Source of the DNA: a virus
Lineage: Duplodnaviria; Caudoviricetes
DNA: 62,459 nucleotides
Virus record (IMG/VR): IMGVR_UViG_3300042549_003483
Location: 1 to 62,459 of that record
Strand: one strand, 5' to 3'
Shown here: piece after piece, positions 30,222-40,161 of the stretch
Layout of the letters: every line of letters starts with the position of its first letter
Numbering within the stretch: the first letter of the stretch is position 1
Translations under genes and position numbers: made by a program
The notes under the pieces: model-generated
Databases searched by the model: none
The model's input: the letters and a program-made list of their open reading frames with translations, nothing else
What the model was told of the DNA's origin: nothing

Positions 30222-30777
30222 ATAGGTCCCACATTGGATTAAAAAGTCTGTTAAAACGGCGGAGGAACATTTCTTCGGCTTTTGCCGGTTTCCAACACGC
30301 AATAATTGTCATATCGAGAATAGGCTTAACTTTATCTAGGCCCCACGTCGAGGTATCTACTTCTGGTTTTAGATGAAGTACCTCAGTAACAAGCATTCGA
30401 TCATCAATGTTATGCACTGCGTCTGGCATTGGGTATTGAAGACCGAAGTGCTTAAAGATGGCAGCATGCAGCGTCTCTTCGTATTCGGCTAGGCCCGGAA
30501 TGGCGTACTTGATAGGTCGTGGAATATCTCCGATGTAAGCCTCAGAAGCATCATGCATCAAAGCTTCTCGCATGTAACGAGTATCACTGACGTAGAAGCT
30601 GGCCCAATAACTATGTTCAGCTACGGAATAAAACTCAGAACAGTGTCCGTTGAACCGGCACTGCTTTGACAGAGCATTTGCAATGTCACGGATATTGAAC
30701 TCTGACTTGCTGAAATCGCCGGGGTAAAACCGGCGACCCTCACCTAGTGTGAGAAAGCGGGTCGGATCAACCTGCAT
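30199..30777 (-). CDS. HD-domain phosphohydrolase (YfdR-like)
   Basis: RFNGH..YSVAEHS..LMHDASEAYIGD. Confidence 0.88.
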   Translation of the reverse strand: MQVDPTRFLTLGEGRRFYPGDFSKSEFNIRDIANALSKQCRFNGHCSEFYSVAEHSYWASFYVSDTRYMREALMHDASEAYIGDIPRPIKYAIPGLAEYEETLHAAIFKHFGLQYPMPDAVHNIDDRMLVTEVLHLKPEVDTSTWGLDKVKPILDMTIIACWKPAKAEEMFLRRFNRLFNPMWDLYVNQPAA

Positions 30778-31339
30778 CCACCTTCACCCGATCATCGTTG
30801 CCGATCTTGCGCATGGCGTACGTGTAGAGGGCGATTGCATTCCATGCCACTGCAATCATATGGTGTGTCCCTGTCTCGTTGTCAAGGTCCTCACCCTGTG
30901 CCCATGCCCAAGAGTGCCGCTGCATGGACGCAAAGCACTTGCCCCAATCCATACCCCGCTCCCAATTGCGGTCAGCGTACTTTCGTGCGCCCCGCTCGTA
31001 GTGGGCTGCCAGTTCGATCATGGCCTCGGGCGGTACTAGGTCGAACCGAGGCTTGCCGCTGTCGTACCGAAGACCACTGTTAGTGGTTGGGGATGCTGTG
31101 CGAAAGACCTTCCCCGGAGTGTCAGCAGTAAGGATTTTTCTTAGCTCATATTCGGAAATGACAGGAGTGGCAGTAGCGACAGGATCACGAAGCGTAACAG
31201 CATCCTTAGTTGCAGCTACCACATCGAACTTGGCGTTGTTGTGGTCAACCCACTCCGTATAGTCTTCAGGCGGGCCAGAACGGTCTGGATGTAGGTCAAT
31301 CTCATCTTCTTGCATGGTAAGGGAGGTTGGATTAGGCAT
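30767..31339 (-). CDS. dATP/dGTP diphosphohydrolase-domain protein (DUF5664-like)
   Basis: YDSGKPRFDLVP..GARKYADRNWERG..ETGTHH..AWNA. Confidence 0.85.
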   Translation of the reverse strand: MPNPTSLTMQEDEIDLHPDRSGPPEDYTEWVDHNNAKFDVVAATKDAVTLRDPVATATPVISEYELRKILTADTPGKVFRTASPTTNSGLRYDSGKPRFDLVPPEAMIELAAHYERGARKYADRNWERGMDWGKCFASMQRHSWAWAQGEDLDNETGTHHMIAVAWNAIALYTYAMRKIGNDDRVKVDAG

Positions 31340-32108
31340 ATAGCTTCCTCATTCGGTCAAGTGAAACACGCTCTAGATCGTAAATACCGTCTTGTACATT
31401 GTGCTTGACTACTACACCCCGCCACCAATCCTTGACGGTATCAGTTGCATAAGGTGGGTTGAAGTCGATGAAGCACCCTGCGGCTAGGCCCATGATGTAG
31501 CGGCCGTCACCAGTGCTATCGTCTGCCACATCAAAGGTGTGAATGTGGCCTACAGTTACGGAACAGTGCAGCTTGTTCAGAAGCTGGCGGGCAATGTTCT
31601 TGCCGCTGATAGGTCGTCCGCTGGGGCCGGTCGGGAAATGATGACAGTAGGAAACCCCATCAACAACGACTGGCTTTTTGTATGGAATGTACTCTGACCA
31701 GAATTGGGAATAGCGAAGGTTAGCCAGAGAAACAAACTCATGCAACTCAGGGTGATCTTGGGTTACTCGCTCAATACGTCCTTCGTCATGGTTGCCGCCT
31801 AGTAGGATTGTACGAGGGCTGTACTGCCTGATCTTGAAGCGACGACAGCGGTTGTTATGCTCTATCAATGGTCCGAACATGCGCTGCTGTGCGTCGATCA
31901 CAGCATCTACGTCACGCTTGTACCGGGCACCCTCAAACGAACGCCGCCCTTTGTCGTACGAAGACAGGCTAGGCATACATCCGAAATCACCAGCACACAA
32001 AATGACTTCGGGGCGACGATCCATGATCATAGCCCCGAGAAGGTCAAATCGTACGTTGTCGTGATCTGGGTTGGCGTGCGGATCAGGTACAACTAAATGG
32101 GTAGACAT
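31332..32108 (-). CDS. Calcineurin-like metallophosphoesterase
   Basis: PDPH, GD, GNHD, H, GHIH. Confidence 0.85.
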   Translation of the reverse strand: MSTHLVVPDPHANPDHDNVRFDLLGAMIMDRRPEVILCAGDFGCMPSLSSYDKGRRSFEGARYKRDVDAVIDAQQRMFGPLIEHNNRCRRFKIRQYSPRTILLGGNHDEGRIERVTQDHPELHEFVSLANLRYSQFWSEYIPYKKPVVVDGVSYCHHFPTGPSGRPISGKNIARQLLNKLHCSVTVGHIHTFDVADDSTGDGRYIMGLAAGCFIDFNPPYATDTVKDWWRGVVVKHNVQDGIYDLERVSLDRMRKLYA

Positions 32109-32398
32109 TAGTGAATTTCATCAGACGACGGTGCGTTTTGTGCAGAGTCGTTCATAAGAACCTCAACACCAACACCAGTAATGAACTCAGGATCGTCTAC
32201 AGCCAAGAATGCTAGGCCGCGACCAAGAGCCAGAAAAAACTGGTCATCCTCAAAGTCGTCCGTCGTATCATCCTCTAGGTCTGACTTGGCACCGTAGAGA
32301 ACGCCAGCCTCATACGTATCCTCACCATTTGGTGTGACAATGACGAGTAGCTGCCCACGGATCAGCGCATCTTTTAGTTCAGAGAAGTTTTCTGCCAT
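32108..32398 (-). CDS. Acidic hypothetical protein
   Basis: 96 aa in operon. Confidence 0.55.
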   Translation of the reverse strand: MAENFSELKDALIRGQLLVIVTPNGEDTYEAGVLYGAKSDLEDDTTDDFEDDQFFLALGRGLAFLAVDDPEFITGVGVEVLMNDSAQNAPSSDEIH

Positions 32399-32735
32399 TT
32401 AGAATATCCATAAAGTGTGTAGCCGACACGATGGCGAGCGGCGGTTTATTATTCATTTTGATGACCAGTAACGGTTCATCCGTACCATGTGACGCAGCTT
32501 GCTCATACATGCGGTACACTGTTGTAAAAATCTCTTGATTTTTAGCTTCAATCGAATATGGAAACAAGGCTTTTGCAGCCGTTGACAACTGCACGTCAGC
32601 CCCGGTTTGACCCATTCCAGTAGAGCGAACATCATCGGCGGTGAGCGTTGGGTAGCGTTTGAGAATTTCGGAAACAATCCACGCCTGTAACCTTCTTCCC
32701 TTAGCCTTCCGTGCCGCTACTGTCTTCGCTGGCAT
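32379..32735 (-). CDS. Holliday-junction-resolvase-like PD-(D/E)XK nuclease
   Basis: KAKGRRLQ, MGQTGADV, SIEAKNQE. Confidence 0.75.
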   Translation of the reverse strand: MPAKTVAARKAKGRRLQAWIVSEILKRYPTLTADDVRSTGMGQTGADVQLSTAAKALFPYSIEAKNQEIFTTVYRMYEQAASHGTDEPLLVIKMNNKPPLAIVSATHFMDILNGRKLL

Positions 32736-32979
32736 CTGTGATTGGGATGGTTACACATGACACAATGCGGTGTTTTAGTAGACCCCATGTTTGACCCTTT
32801 ACGTCAACGATAGCAATAGGGTCATTGATCATCGGGTCTAGGCCGCACATACGTTCGCTAAACCACTGCACGAAGTCGTCTTCCATATCCGCATCAACAA
32901 TCAGTTCAAACTGCCGGTTCTCACCGGGGGCAACCATGTAGTTGATGCCGAGTGCGTACTTACTCACTTTTTGTGTCAT
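32701..32979 (-). CDS. Hypothetical protein
   Basis: 92 aa in operon. Confidence 0.5.
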   Translation of the reverse strand: MTQKVSKYALGINYMVAPGENRQFELIVDADMEDDFVQWFSERMCGLDPMINDPIAIVDVKGQTWGLLKHRIVSCVTIPITDASEDSSGTEG

Positions 32980-33868
32980 TTGGTGTGTGCTTTACTTCTG
33001 TGTACCACTCCCACTCTGGGCTTGCGGATTTGCTATGAGTCTTAGGGCGATACTGAGCATCAGGCCAACAGGCCCGCTTGAATGGGCAGAACTGACAGCT
33101 ACGTGAGAGCACACGGTTGCCGGTTTCTTTCTTGTAGTAGGTTTCAACTTCGTCAGTAAACTGACGCTCAAAAGGGGCGTTTGTTACGATCTTTGTTACG
33201 TTTGTGTATAGACCACCTAGAGCGATACGACGTGCTGTCTGATAAGCATCCATATCCCTAGGTGTTTCAAGAACCGTAAACTCACCCGTCTCTTTGTTTA
33301 CTGCGATCCATCCACCAAAAAGTGCATTGTCTGCGGCGGCATATCCGAAACCTTGGGCGACGTATCCGAATGGATCGTCTCTGGCAAAAGCTTCAAAGGT
33401 GCCTGAAAATTTATGGCGGAACGAATAGCTGCTTGCCGATTTGATATCGTAGATCGCATTGTTGATCTTGACGTCATATGTGCCATTCAGAGATACCGTA
33501 TCAGTTTGGTTGATGGGGATCGTCATTGACACTTGCTGACTGACCGCTTGAATTGGCACGCCAGCAAGCCGCATAATTGCGAGAGTAGCAACTTCGGTCA
33601 GATCACCGAACAACATCCTCATGCGCAGACTGTAGGATGGTACTTCGGATGGTGCTCCGTCTCGCTCCATCTGTAGCTGGCACAGAGGCTTGCCTACATT
33701 GGACATGCGGAGCGTAAAACCACGTGAGGCAGACTGCTCTTCAATCTGCCTCCGTAGAGCCTCACGACACTGCGCCGCAAACTCGTCCAAAATCTCGTCG
33801 GGCACCTTGCCCGGTGCGTGGCTCAATCCATCTAGGTAGCTTTGAATTTGTACGAGGATTGGCGACAT
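32960..33868 (-). CDS. PD-(D/E)XK (Cas4-like) exonuclease
   Basis: LRMSNVGKPLCQL, GTYD, YDIKSAS, YVAQ, CQFCPFKRACW. Confidence 0.85.
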   Translation of the reverse strand: MSPILVQIQSYLDGLSHAPGKVPDEILDEFAAQCREALRRQIEEQSASRGFTLRMSNVGKPLCQLQMERDGAPSEVPSYSLRMRMLFGDLTEVATLAIMRLAGVPIQAVSQQVSMTIPINQTDTVSLNGTYDVKINNAIYDIKSASSYSFRHKFSGTFEAFARDDPFGYVAQGFGYAAADNALFGGWIAVNKETGEFTVLETPRDMDAYQTARRIALGGLYTNVTKIVTNAPFERQFTDEVETYYKKETGNRVLSRSCQFCPFKRACWPDAQYRPKTHSKSASPEWEWYTEVKHTPNDTKSE

Positions 33869-33871
33869 TAA

Positions 33872-34732
33872 TTAGATGTTGTCCAGTGAGGCATTACCAA
33901 AGTCATCATCAAGCGATGATCCTACGGCATCAATCACGTCATCGGCGTCATCATTCTTGGAAGTCTTTGACACAGCCTTGCGATGCTTAGCCAGTACTGC
34001 GTCATTTTCAAACTTGATTGTCTCTTGGAACTTGGTAAAGAGTTCCATGTCGCCAGCGGTAAACTGAACAGACTTGGTTAGATCGACTGACACCACAGGT
34101 ACGTAATAAATGGTCGCGCCATTCTGCTTGCGAACAGGCGTGCCAAGATCAAGGTTGTGATTAAACATCAGTCGCTTGTTCTTGTTGAGTTCGTCAATGG
34201 CATCCTGCGGAACCATGAACGACTCGCCAGATAGACGCCAGTAGACAGGCTCGTTCTCTAGCTTACGCTTGTTGCCCTCTTGATCAACACCATCAACAGT
34301 GACGGTGCCGTACATCAGGCGATAGGTGCGAATTGCCTTCTGGGCCTTAATGACAGACTCAGGCTGGCCATCAAGCTGTCGCTTGGTCAGCTTGCCACAG
34401 CGCATTCCGCCCAACTCGTCGGGCTGGTCTTGACGCCAATCGGTGAAGATCACCGACTTATTAACGTACTTGTTTGTGTCCGCATCATACACAGAGTGCT
34501 GATACGCATTGATGAATGGTCGGAACTGGATCGGCCTACCGAATACGATGCTGGCATCTGGCAGTGTGACGGCGTAGCGTCCTACGGGATAAGGCTTATC
34601 GTCGTTTGGACCGACGTCCTTATTGATCCATAGTCGCGCTAGGGAAGGTGCCGACTGCTCAGTCTGCTGACCAGTAAGGGCCGCAATCTGCTCGTATGAA
34701 AGGTCAGTGATGTTTGCTGGAAGATTAGTCAT
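33872..34732 (-). CDS. Single-stranded DNA-binding protein (putative)
   Basis: Between polA and exonuclease; acidic C-terminal tail; GGMRCGK. Confidence 0.6.
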   Translation of the reverse strand: MTNLPANITDLSYEQIAALTGQQTEQSAPSLARLWINKDVGPNDDKPYPVGRYAVTLPDASIVFGRPIQFRPFINAYQHSVYDADTNKYVNKSVIFTDWRQDQPDELGGMRCGKLTKRQLDGQPESVIKAQKAIRTYRLMYGTVTVDGVDQEGNKRKLENEPVYWRLSGESFMVPQDAIDELNKNKRLMFNHNLDLGTPVRKQNGATIYYVPVVSVDLTKSVQFTAGDMELFTKFQETIKFENDAVLAKHRKAVSKTSKNDDADDVIDAVGSSLDDDFGNASLDNI

Positions 34733-34758
34733 GCATATCCTCAATTGATATGAAGTAT

Positions 34759-34788
34759 ATATATGGGGATGATCTGTAGAATTTCAAG
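34759..34788 (-). promoter_or_regulatory. Promoter for the ssb operon
   Basis: ccccTTGAAA-N16/17-(C)ATATA, like 41058 and 55742. Confidence 0.5.
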
Positions 34789-34814
34789 GGGTGCTGTACA
34801 AAAAAAGTTGTGGT

Positions 34815-35291
34815 TTACGTTTCTTGAACGATTAAATTTTCATAGAAAATTAGGAGCGACCGCATTTGTGCAATAGTTGCGTTACGTTTCATGGCGTTGG
34901 CAAGAACAGAAACTACAACAACATTACCTTTAATATACCCTCGTTCTGGTATAATGCGATCTAGAGAAGGGCTATTGTCACAAATTTTTCCTTGTCCTAA
35001 AAGTATTGGAATACCTATTGCTGGACAAACATCAGGAACGACAATATCTTCAACAGAAATATCAAATGGGAGGTTTCGTTTTTTTGAGCGCGATTTAGCG
35101 CTTTCCCACAATCGTAAAGCAGGATTTGTATGATATTTATTGTTGGCTTTTGCGTTTCGTTGTTCTCTGTGTTTTATTAAACAATCTCTGTTTATTTGTA
35201 AATTTTTTTCAGGGTTGTTTTGTCGCCAGCGACGTACATTTTCTCTGTGTCGCTCTGGATTACGACGATGCCATGGAATGTTGTCTGACAT
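34815..35291 (-). CDS. Free-standing HNH homing endonuclease downstream of polA
   Basis: CPAIGIP..SPSLDRIIPERGYIKGNVVVVS..AN; AT-rich; own promoter near 35321-35350. Confidence 0.85.
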   Translation of the reverse strand: MSDNIPWHRRNPERHRENVRRWRQNNPEKNLQINRDCLIKHREQRNAKANNKYHTNPALRLWESAKSRSKKRNLPFDISVEDIVVPDVCPAIGIPILLGQGKICDNSPSLDRIIPERGYIKGNVVVVSVLANAMKRNATIAQMRSLLIFYENLIVQET

Positions 35292-35347
35292 TTACACCTT
35301 TAATACTGTTGCATGTACAGTATTAAATACTCAAAATTGCATAAATG

Positions 35348-35850
35348 TCAAGATAATTCTTTTGTGTCAAGCCAATTTGGCCCTGCTTTTATTTCACATT
35401 CCAAGTCCAATTGCATCGCGTATCCATATCGCTTTTCAATTGCGCTGCGTACGTTTCTCATTTCATGCGCCATTATGGCCGCAGCCTTATTTACTTCATC
35501 AGCAGGGGCGTCTAGAACAACGGAATCATGTACTGAATTTATCAGAACTGCCCGTAAACCCTCGGCTTTGAGACGGCGATGGATCGCAATAACCGCCAGC
35601 GGCACAATGTCGGCTGTGGCAAACCCCTGTACCGGATAATTTTTAATCTGGGTCGAACCGGCGACGTAGCCGTACTTGTTACGGCGGGCGTTAGGGAACG
35701 AGTATTGACGACCAGAAGGGAGCGTAATGACTTTCTGACTAACTGCTGTAGAGAGTAGTACTTCGTGCCATTTGGCAACTCCGCCGTACTTTTCAGCGAA
35801 AGCTTTATAATAAGATTGCTCAGCTTCCGTTCCCGAGGAGCCACCGTATA
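35348..35850 (-). CDS. polA: DNA polymerase A, exon 2
   Basis: (L)YGGSSG..TQIKNYPVQGFATADIVP..NSVHDSVVLD..GPNWLD. Confidence 0.92.
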
Positions 35851-36564
35851 CATTATGTTCAATGCAGTTCGCTAAGCTGCACCCGCTTTTCAGCAGCTAC
35901 ACGTCGCCGTGTAGATCAGACTATATCATCATCCCATAGGGATGCCCGGCGCTTCCGCCCGCTTGGGCGTACTCCATTACTGGATAGTCGTTGCACCTTC
36001 AAATGCTTTCCAACATTCATGCTCAACCTGATGACACCGCTTACACAAAAGCTCTAAATTGTCTTTTGCGTAGTTGTATTGGTTATGATCGCGGTGATGG
36101 ATGACCCACATATAGTGGGTGGCTTCTTCTAGGTTGGTAGCGCAGCGTTCACAACACTTGCGCTCTGCACGAATTTCACGACGTATTGTTTCGTAAGTGT
36201 AGCGCCCATGTTTGAATAGTGGGTGGGCTTCTCCACGATGTGGGTAGCCGCCCTTGCCTACACCGGGCATTTTTGCACGCTTACGAATTTGTCGCGTTAC
36301 AGCTTCTTTGCGTTTATCAGCAGCACACGTAACACAATACTTTGCTGCTGGTCCTGTGGGCGTAAACGTCACACCGCAGCAGGAACAACTCTTATCTTTA
36401 AGCAACGTATCTTCAATCCTTGGATTAAATGTATGTTGCTTATATACACTAAAAGCTGTAAATTGTCAAGACATTTGTTTGGATCAGGATTATCTCGTAG
36501 AGACTTCCCCTGAGTTCACCGGGTTTTCATAGCGCAGTTACCTGCACTAGCCGCTATATGTTTA
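35851..36564 (-). ncRNA. Group I self-splicing intron in polA (714 nt)
   Basis: Exon CCGU pairs with intron GCGG (U.G at 5' splice site); terminal G; core elements CAACGACTA and GATATAGTC; splicing restores KPLYGG and a 696-aa ORF. Confidence 0.93.
35977..36405 (-). CDS. Intron-encoded HNH homing endonuclease
   Basis: CERC..IHHRDHN..N...NLELLCKRCHQVEH; internal promoter TTGACA-N17-TATATA near 36441-36469. Confidence 0.9.
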   Translation of the reverse strand: MLKDKSCSCCGVTFTPTGPAAKYCVTCAADKRKEAVTRQIRKRAKMPGVGKGGYPHRGEAHPLFKHGRYTYETIRREIRAERKCCERCATNLEEATHYMWVIHHRDHNQYNYAKDNLELLCKRCHQVEHECWKAFEGATTIQ

Positions 36565-38152
36565 ACGGTTTGAACGTGTGAGATTTCGCCCCTTGACGGT
36601 CAGTAGTTTGTCCCGACTCCGTGAGAATTTGTGCTGTGTACGAATGTACGTCAAACTTCGATAATACATCCTGCTTTACCTGCTCATCACCACTCAACTC
36701 TCCTGCGACCCGAAATTCAAGCTGAGAGAAGTCAGCTTCGATAATTAATCCTCCATCGAAACGGGATACCACGCAACGACGGATAGGGAACGTTTTCCCT
36801 CTGGGTTGATTCTGGAAATTTGGATCGCTAGATGACAGCCGGCCTGTGGCGGTAATACACTGATTAAATCGTGGATGTAAGATACCGTCCGGTCGGGTGT
36901 TACGTCGGATGCCCCCAACGAAACTGCTGAGATAAGTTTCGATTGCATTTACTCGCACCATAGCTGATAGAAAGTCGGCAGCGTCCTTGTTACCCTTGGC
37001 TGCTGCCGCTTCCGCCAAGTGTGTTAAGGTTTCTTTATCTGTGGCAAATCCGTTTGCGGTGCAGTCCCAGATGTTTCGAGGTGATTGGCGCAGACCGGCG
37101 TACTCTGCCAAATCCGTGTATACGACTCCCGATCCACCGCAAGTAGGGCATTTGTTTGGGCGCTTATGAAATTCTCCATTGATGCGCGTTCTGTAGTAAT
37201 GCCCCGTACCTTTGCAATCCACGCATTGTTTAGCCTGAGTCTTGCGAACAAGGGTAGTTTGTTCTCGGACATTTGCAGCAAACCTCCCGGCAGACATGTC
37301 GGGCCGAGGCAAAGGCTTACCACGGGCATTTAGCCCAATGCTAAACGTCTCAGCCCAAGCCTTCTTGTCCTTAACACGCCGAGAGTAGATAAGACAACTT
37401 AACTGTTCTGGTGAAGCTAGGTTGATGGGCGTGTCACCCATGACCTTATGCTTAATCTCCTCTAACCGAATGGTTAGGTTGGCAAGTTCTTTTTTGTACT
37501 CGGCTTCAACAGCGTCAAGGGTAACTAGGTCAATCTTGATGCCGTTTCGTTCCATGTCTGTAAGAACGTACAAAAACTCATTCATCATATCCCGTGTCGG
37601 GACAAGACCTACGTTGTACGGATTTGCATAAAGTTTTTGCTGACTGATAAAAAGATCAGCAGTTGAAACGATATCTCCCTCGCCGTATTCCCGCAATTCA
37701 TCAATGGGAATTTCGGCTACTGAAACACCCTTGTCAAAATACTTGTGGAAAATGTCAGACTTTTTAAGTGTGACACCACGCCGGATGCAGGAACCCTCCA
37801 GCGACAGGTCGTCCTTGAGGCCCCGGCTGAACACATACTCACCGATCATCGTGTCGTAGCACGCACCACTGTAGGTGAAGCCAGCTTCCAGAAGCCAAGC
37901 CAGATCGTGCTTGAGGTTATGACCGACGAGTAGGGTTGTTTTATCCAGAACCGATTGGATGTACGAAATATCCTGCGGTGTGCATTTGTATTCCGAATGG
38001 TCGATGAACACGTACGGCAATAGCTGTACGTCACCATCCACGACATGACCCAAGCCCACGCTGACGAGTTTGTTACCCGGATTGTATGGGCTTAGGTCAA
38101 TGCCTCTTTCGTGTTTGGTAACTGTGTTCTCTACGTCAGCGATTGTGATCAT
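36565..38152 (-). CDS. polA: DNA polymerase A, exon 1 (3'-5' exonuclease, DnaJ-type Zn finger, polymerase)
   Basis: ADVE, GHNLKHD, CxxCxGxG twice, TGRLSS..NFQNQPRG, ADFSQLEFR, RQGAKSHTFKP. Confidence 0.95.
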
Positions 38153-38161
38153 TCAATTCTC

Positions 38162-38344
38162 TTAGTAAGGTCCATCAAATGTAGCTAATGCAAAAAGCAT
38201 AAGCGCACCAACCCAGAACATTGACAGAAAGAACGCTGGCCAAAAAGGTAGCCAGCTAATAAACCAAAGCCCTAGGCTCAATGCGCCTACTCCCGCACTT
38301 ATCATGGCACCATAGGCAGCATAATCAAGCAGTTTTTTAGACAT
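38162..38344 (-). CDS. Small membrane protein
   Basis: Two hydrophobic segments. Confidence 0.55.
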   Translation of the reverse strand: MSKKLLDYAAYGAMISAGVGALSLGLWFISWLPFWPAFFLSMFWVGALMLFALATFDGPY

Positions 38345-39597
38345 TAGCTTTCATACCTCGATACTTGCGGATTAAGGATGCACGTAACTGGCCCATGCCA
38401 GCCCGTAAGTTTGTTCTTCGATACATACAGAGTACGAGTAAGATCGTCATTCGGTCTGCCGGGGTCGATATCGACGCCGATACCGATGATCAGGTCTGCC
38501 TCGCCAGCCTTGCCTGTTTTTGATCCTGCGAGGGTGGAGTAGTGAACATAGGCTTTGCCCTCTGCATCGGCACTGGCTTGGCAGATAGCGAAAACCGCAC
38601 AGTTGTTACGTTTAGCAATTTCACGGGCTCGGCGGTAAAGCTCAGTAAGGCTTTCGTCGCCACGGTTGAATTGTCCATCAATTTGCACCTTATCTAGCTG
38701 GTCAACGATAACAACATCAGGCTTGTGCTCTGCAACTAGAACCTCCAACTCCTTAACGCTGACCGTAGCCGCGTCGATAACGACGAGATTGCGCCGGATC
38801 GTGTCCCACTGTTTACGGATTGACTCCGGGTCTGCGAGGAGTTGTTCTTTGGTCTTTCCCGTGCAGCAAGTGAGCGCTCTAAGGATCGTACGATTAGCCG
38901 GTTCCTCGTTACAGATGGCGAGGACTCTGGCTCCTTGGTCAAGGAACCCGCCGGGGAATACCTCTCCCGTACTAGGACTGGTTCTTGCTCCCGCTGCCAC
39001 CAATGTGACCCAGAAGGCGGTCTTACCGATCTCGGGTCTGGCAAAGGCGATTGCAAATTCTCCGCCTGAGATACCTGCGACTCGCTCAGCCAACGTTGGG
39101 ATTGCAAATTTCCACGCTGCAAATCGGTCTGTCGCAGCAAGGATTGTATCGAGTCCTGTATCAACCACGGGTAGTGTCGAGGACTGATCGACAGTCCCCG
39201 CATTATCAAGTAGTCGGGCAACTCCCGAGAAATCGATCTTTCCATCTCCGAAATCGAGCGCTGCATCTGCAATCCTTCGTGCTAATTCCGTACGCCAGAT
39301 CGCAGATAAAACGTCACGCGCTACATCAGCACCAATTTCGTCTGGCAATTCCCCGACTTCATCAAGCAGGGTAGCCACCTCCGTACGGGTGGCACGGGTC
39401 AGGGTTGGGTTGTTTGAGAAATGTAGAGACTGGATTTCGCTAACGGTAAGGTTCCGTTGATAACGCTCGTGAGCGTCGGCAATCGTATCGAAGATTGCGT
39501 CAATCGGGTTTGGGAACATTGACCGTGTTAGCTTGGCCCGGTTCTCTGTAAAGAACGAATGATCAAGTAGTAGCTTTAGTAATTGCTTTTCTTGCAT
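38344..39597 (-). CDS. DnaB-like replicative helicase
   Basis: ARPEIGKT, CNEE, VDQLDK, SKTGKAGEADLIIGIG, SKNKLTGWHG. Confidence 0.92.
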   Translation of the reverse strand: MQEKQLLKLLLDHSFFTENRAKLTRSMFPNPIDAIFDTIADAHERYQRNLTVSEIQSLHFSNNPTLTRATRTEVATLLDEVGELPDEIGADVARDVLSAIWRTELARRIADAALDFGDGKIDFSGVARLLDNAGTVDQSSTLPVVDTGLDTILAATDRFAAWKFAIPTLAERVAGISGGEFAIAFARPEIGKTAFWVTLVAAGARTSPSTGEVFPGGFLDQGARVLAICNEEPANRTILRALTCCTGKTKEQLLADPESIRKQWDTIRRNLVVIDAATVSVKELEVLVAEHKPDVVIVDQLDKVQIDGQFNRGDESLTELYRRAREIAKRNNCAVFAICQASADAEGKAYVHYSTLAGSKTGKAGEADLIIGIGVDIDPGRPNDDLTRTLYVSKNKLTGWHGPVTCILNPQVSRYES

Positions 39598-39785
39598 TGA
39601 GAACCGTATTCTTTGCAAACACCTATGACATTTACATAATGTACAATACGTACGCCAGCATAGCCAGTGCTACTAAACCTAGGAACAGCACTAGAAAAGC
39701 CGGAATACCAAATGCTTCCATAAACAAGTAAGAAAAGGTATAAGTAAAAATACCCACGACTATGGCCACAGGATGCATAGAACAA
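39576..39785 (-). CDS. Hypothetical hydrophobic protein
   Basis: Fills the gap before the helicase; start uncertain. Confidence 0.3.
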   Translation of the reverse strand: MFYASCGHSRGYFYLYLFLLVYGSIWYSGFSSAVPRFSSTGYAGVRIVHYVNVIGVCKEYGSQCKKSNY

Positions 39786-39802
39786 TGTTCCTACATATAT
39801 GG

Positions 39803-39837
39803 GAAAAAGAAGGGCAGGGGGATTAGCCCTGCCCTCA
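39803..39837 (-). terminator. Intrinsic terminator
   Basis: GAGGGCAGGG stem followed by a T-rich run on the - strand. Confidence 0.7.
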
Positions 39838-39883
39838 GTTTATTAGAGTGTGTGCATCAACTGCATTTCGTATATATAGGAAC

Positions 39884-40153
39884 TTACGCCGCGTTTGTCA
39901 AGAGGTCGTTGTTGATAACGCCACGGCTGACGGTACGGGGCTTACGGGTCTTGGGGGCAGGGGAGGCGATCACCTCCTCAACGACCTTGGGGGTACGAGG
40001 ACCACGACGCTCCTTGAGGTCGAGTTCCGAATCCTCAGCCTTAAACTCAGTGACCAGATCAGCAAGGGCCTTGGCCAGCCGGTCTTCCAGCTTGGCAGCA
40101 TCGCGGAAACCATTGGCCTCCACGTCAAGGGTGAGGGTAGCACGCAGCTTCAT
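39884..40153 (-). CDS. Small protein downstream of primase
   Basis: RBS aggag; strongly biased codons; KERRG motif. Confidence 0.7.
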   Translation of the reverse strand: MKLRATLTLDVEANGFRDAAKLEDRLAKALADLVTEFKAEDSELDLKERRGPRTPKVVEEVIASPAPKTRKPRTVSRGVINNDLLTNAA

Positions 40154-40161
40154 GTTAACTC

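Noticed and set aside
29781-31339. 2-aminoadenine (Z) genome pathway suggested by HD, DUF5664-like and MazG genes
   Set aside because: No PurZ/adenylosuccinate-synthetase homolog was recognised anywhere in the genome.
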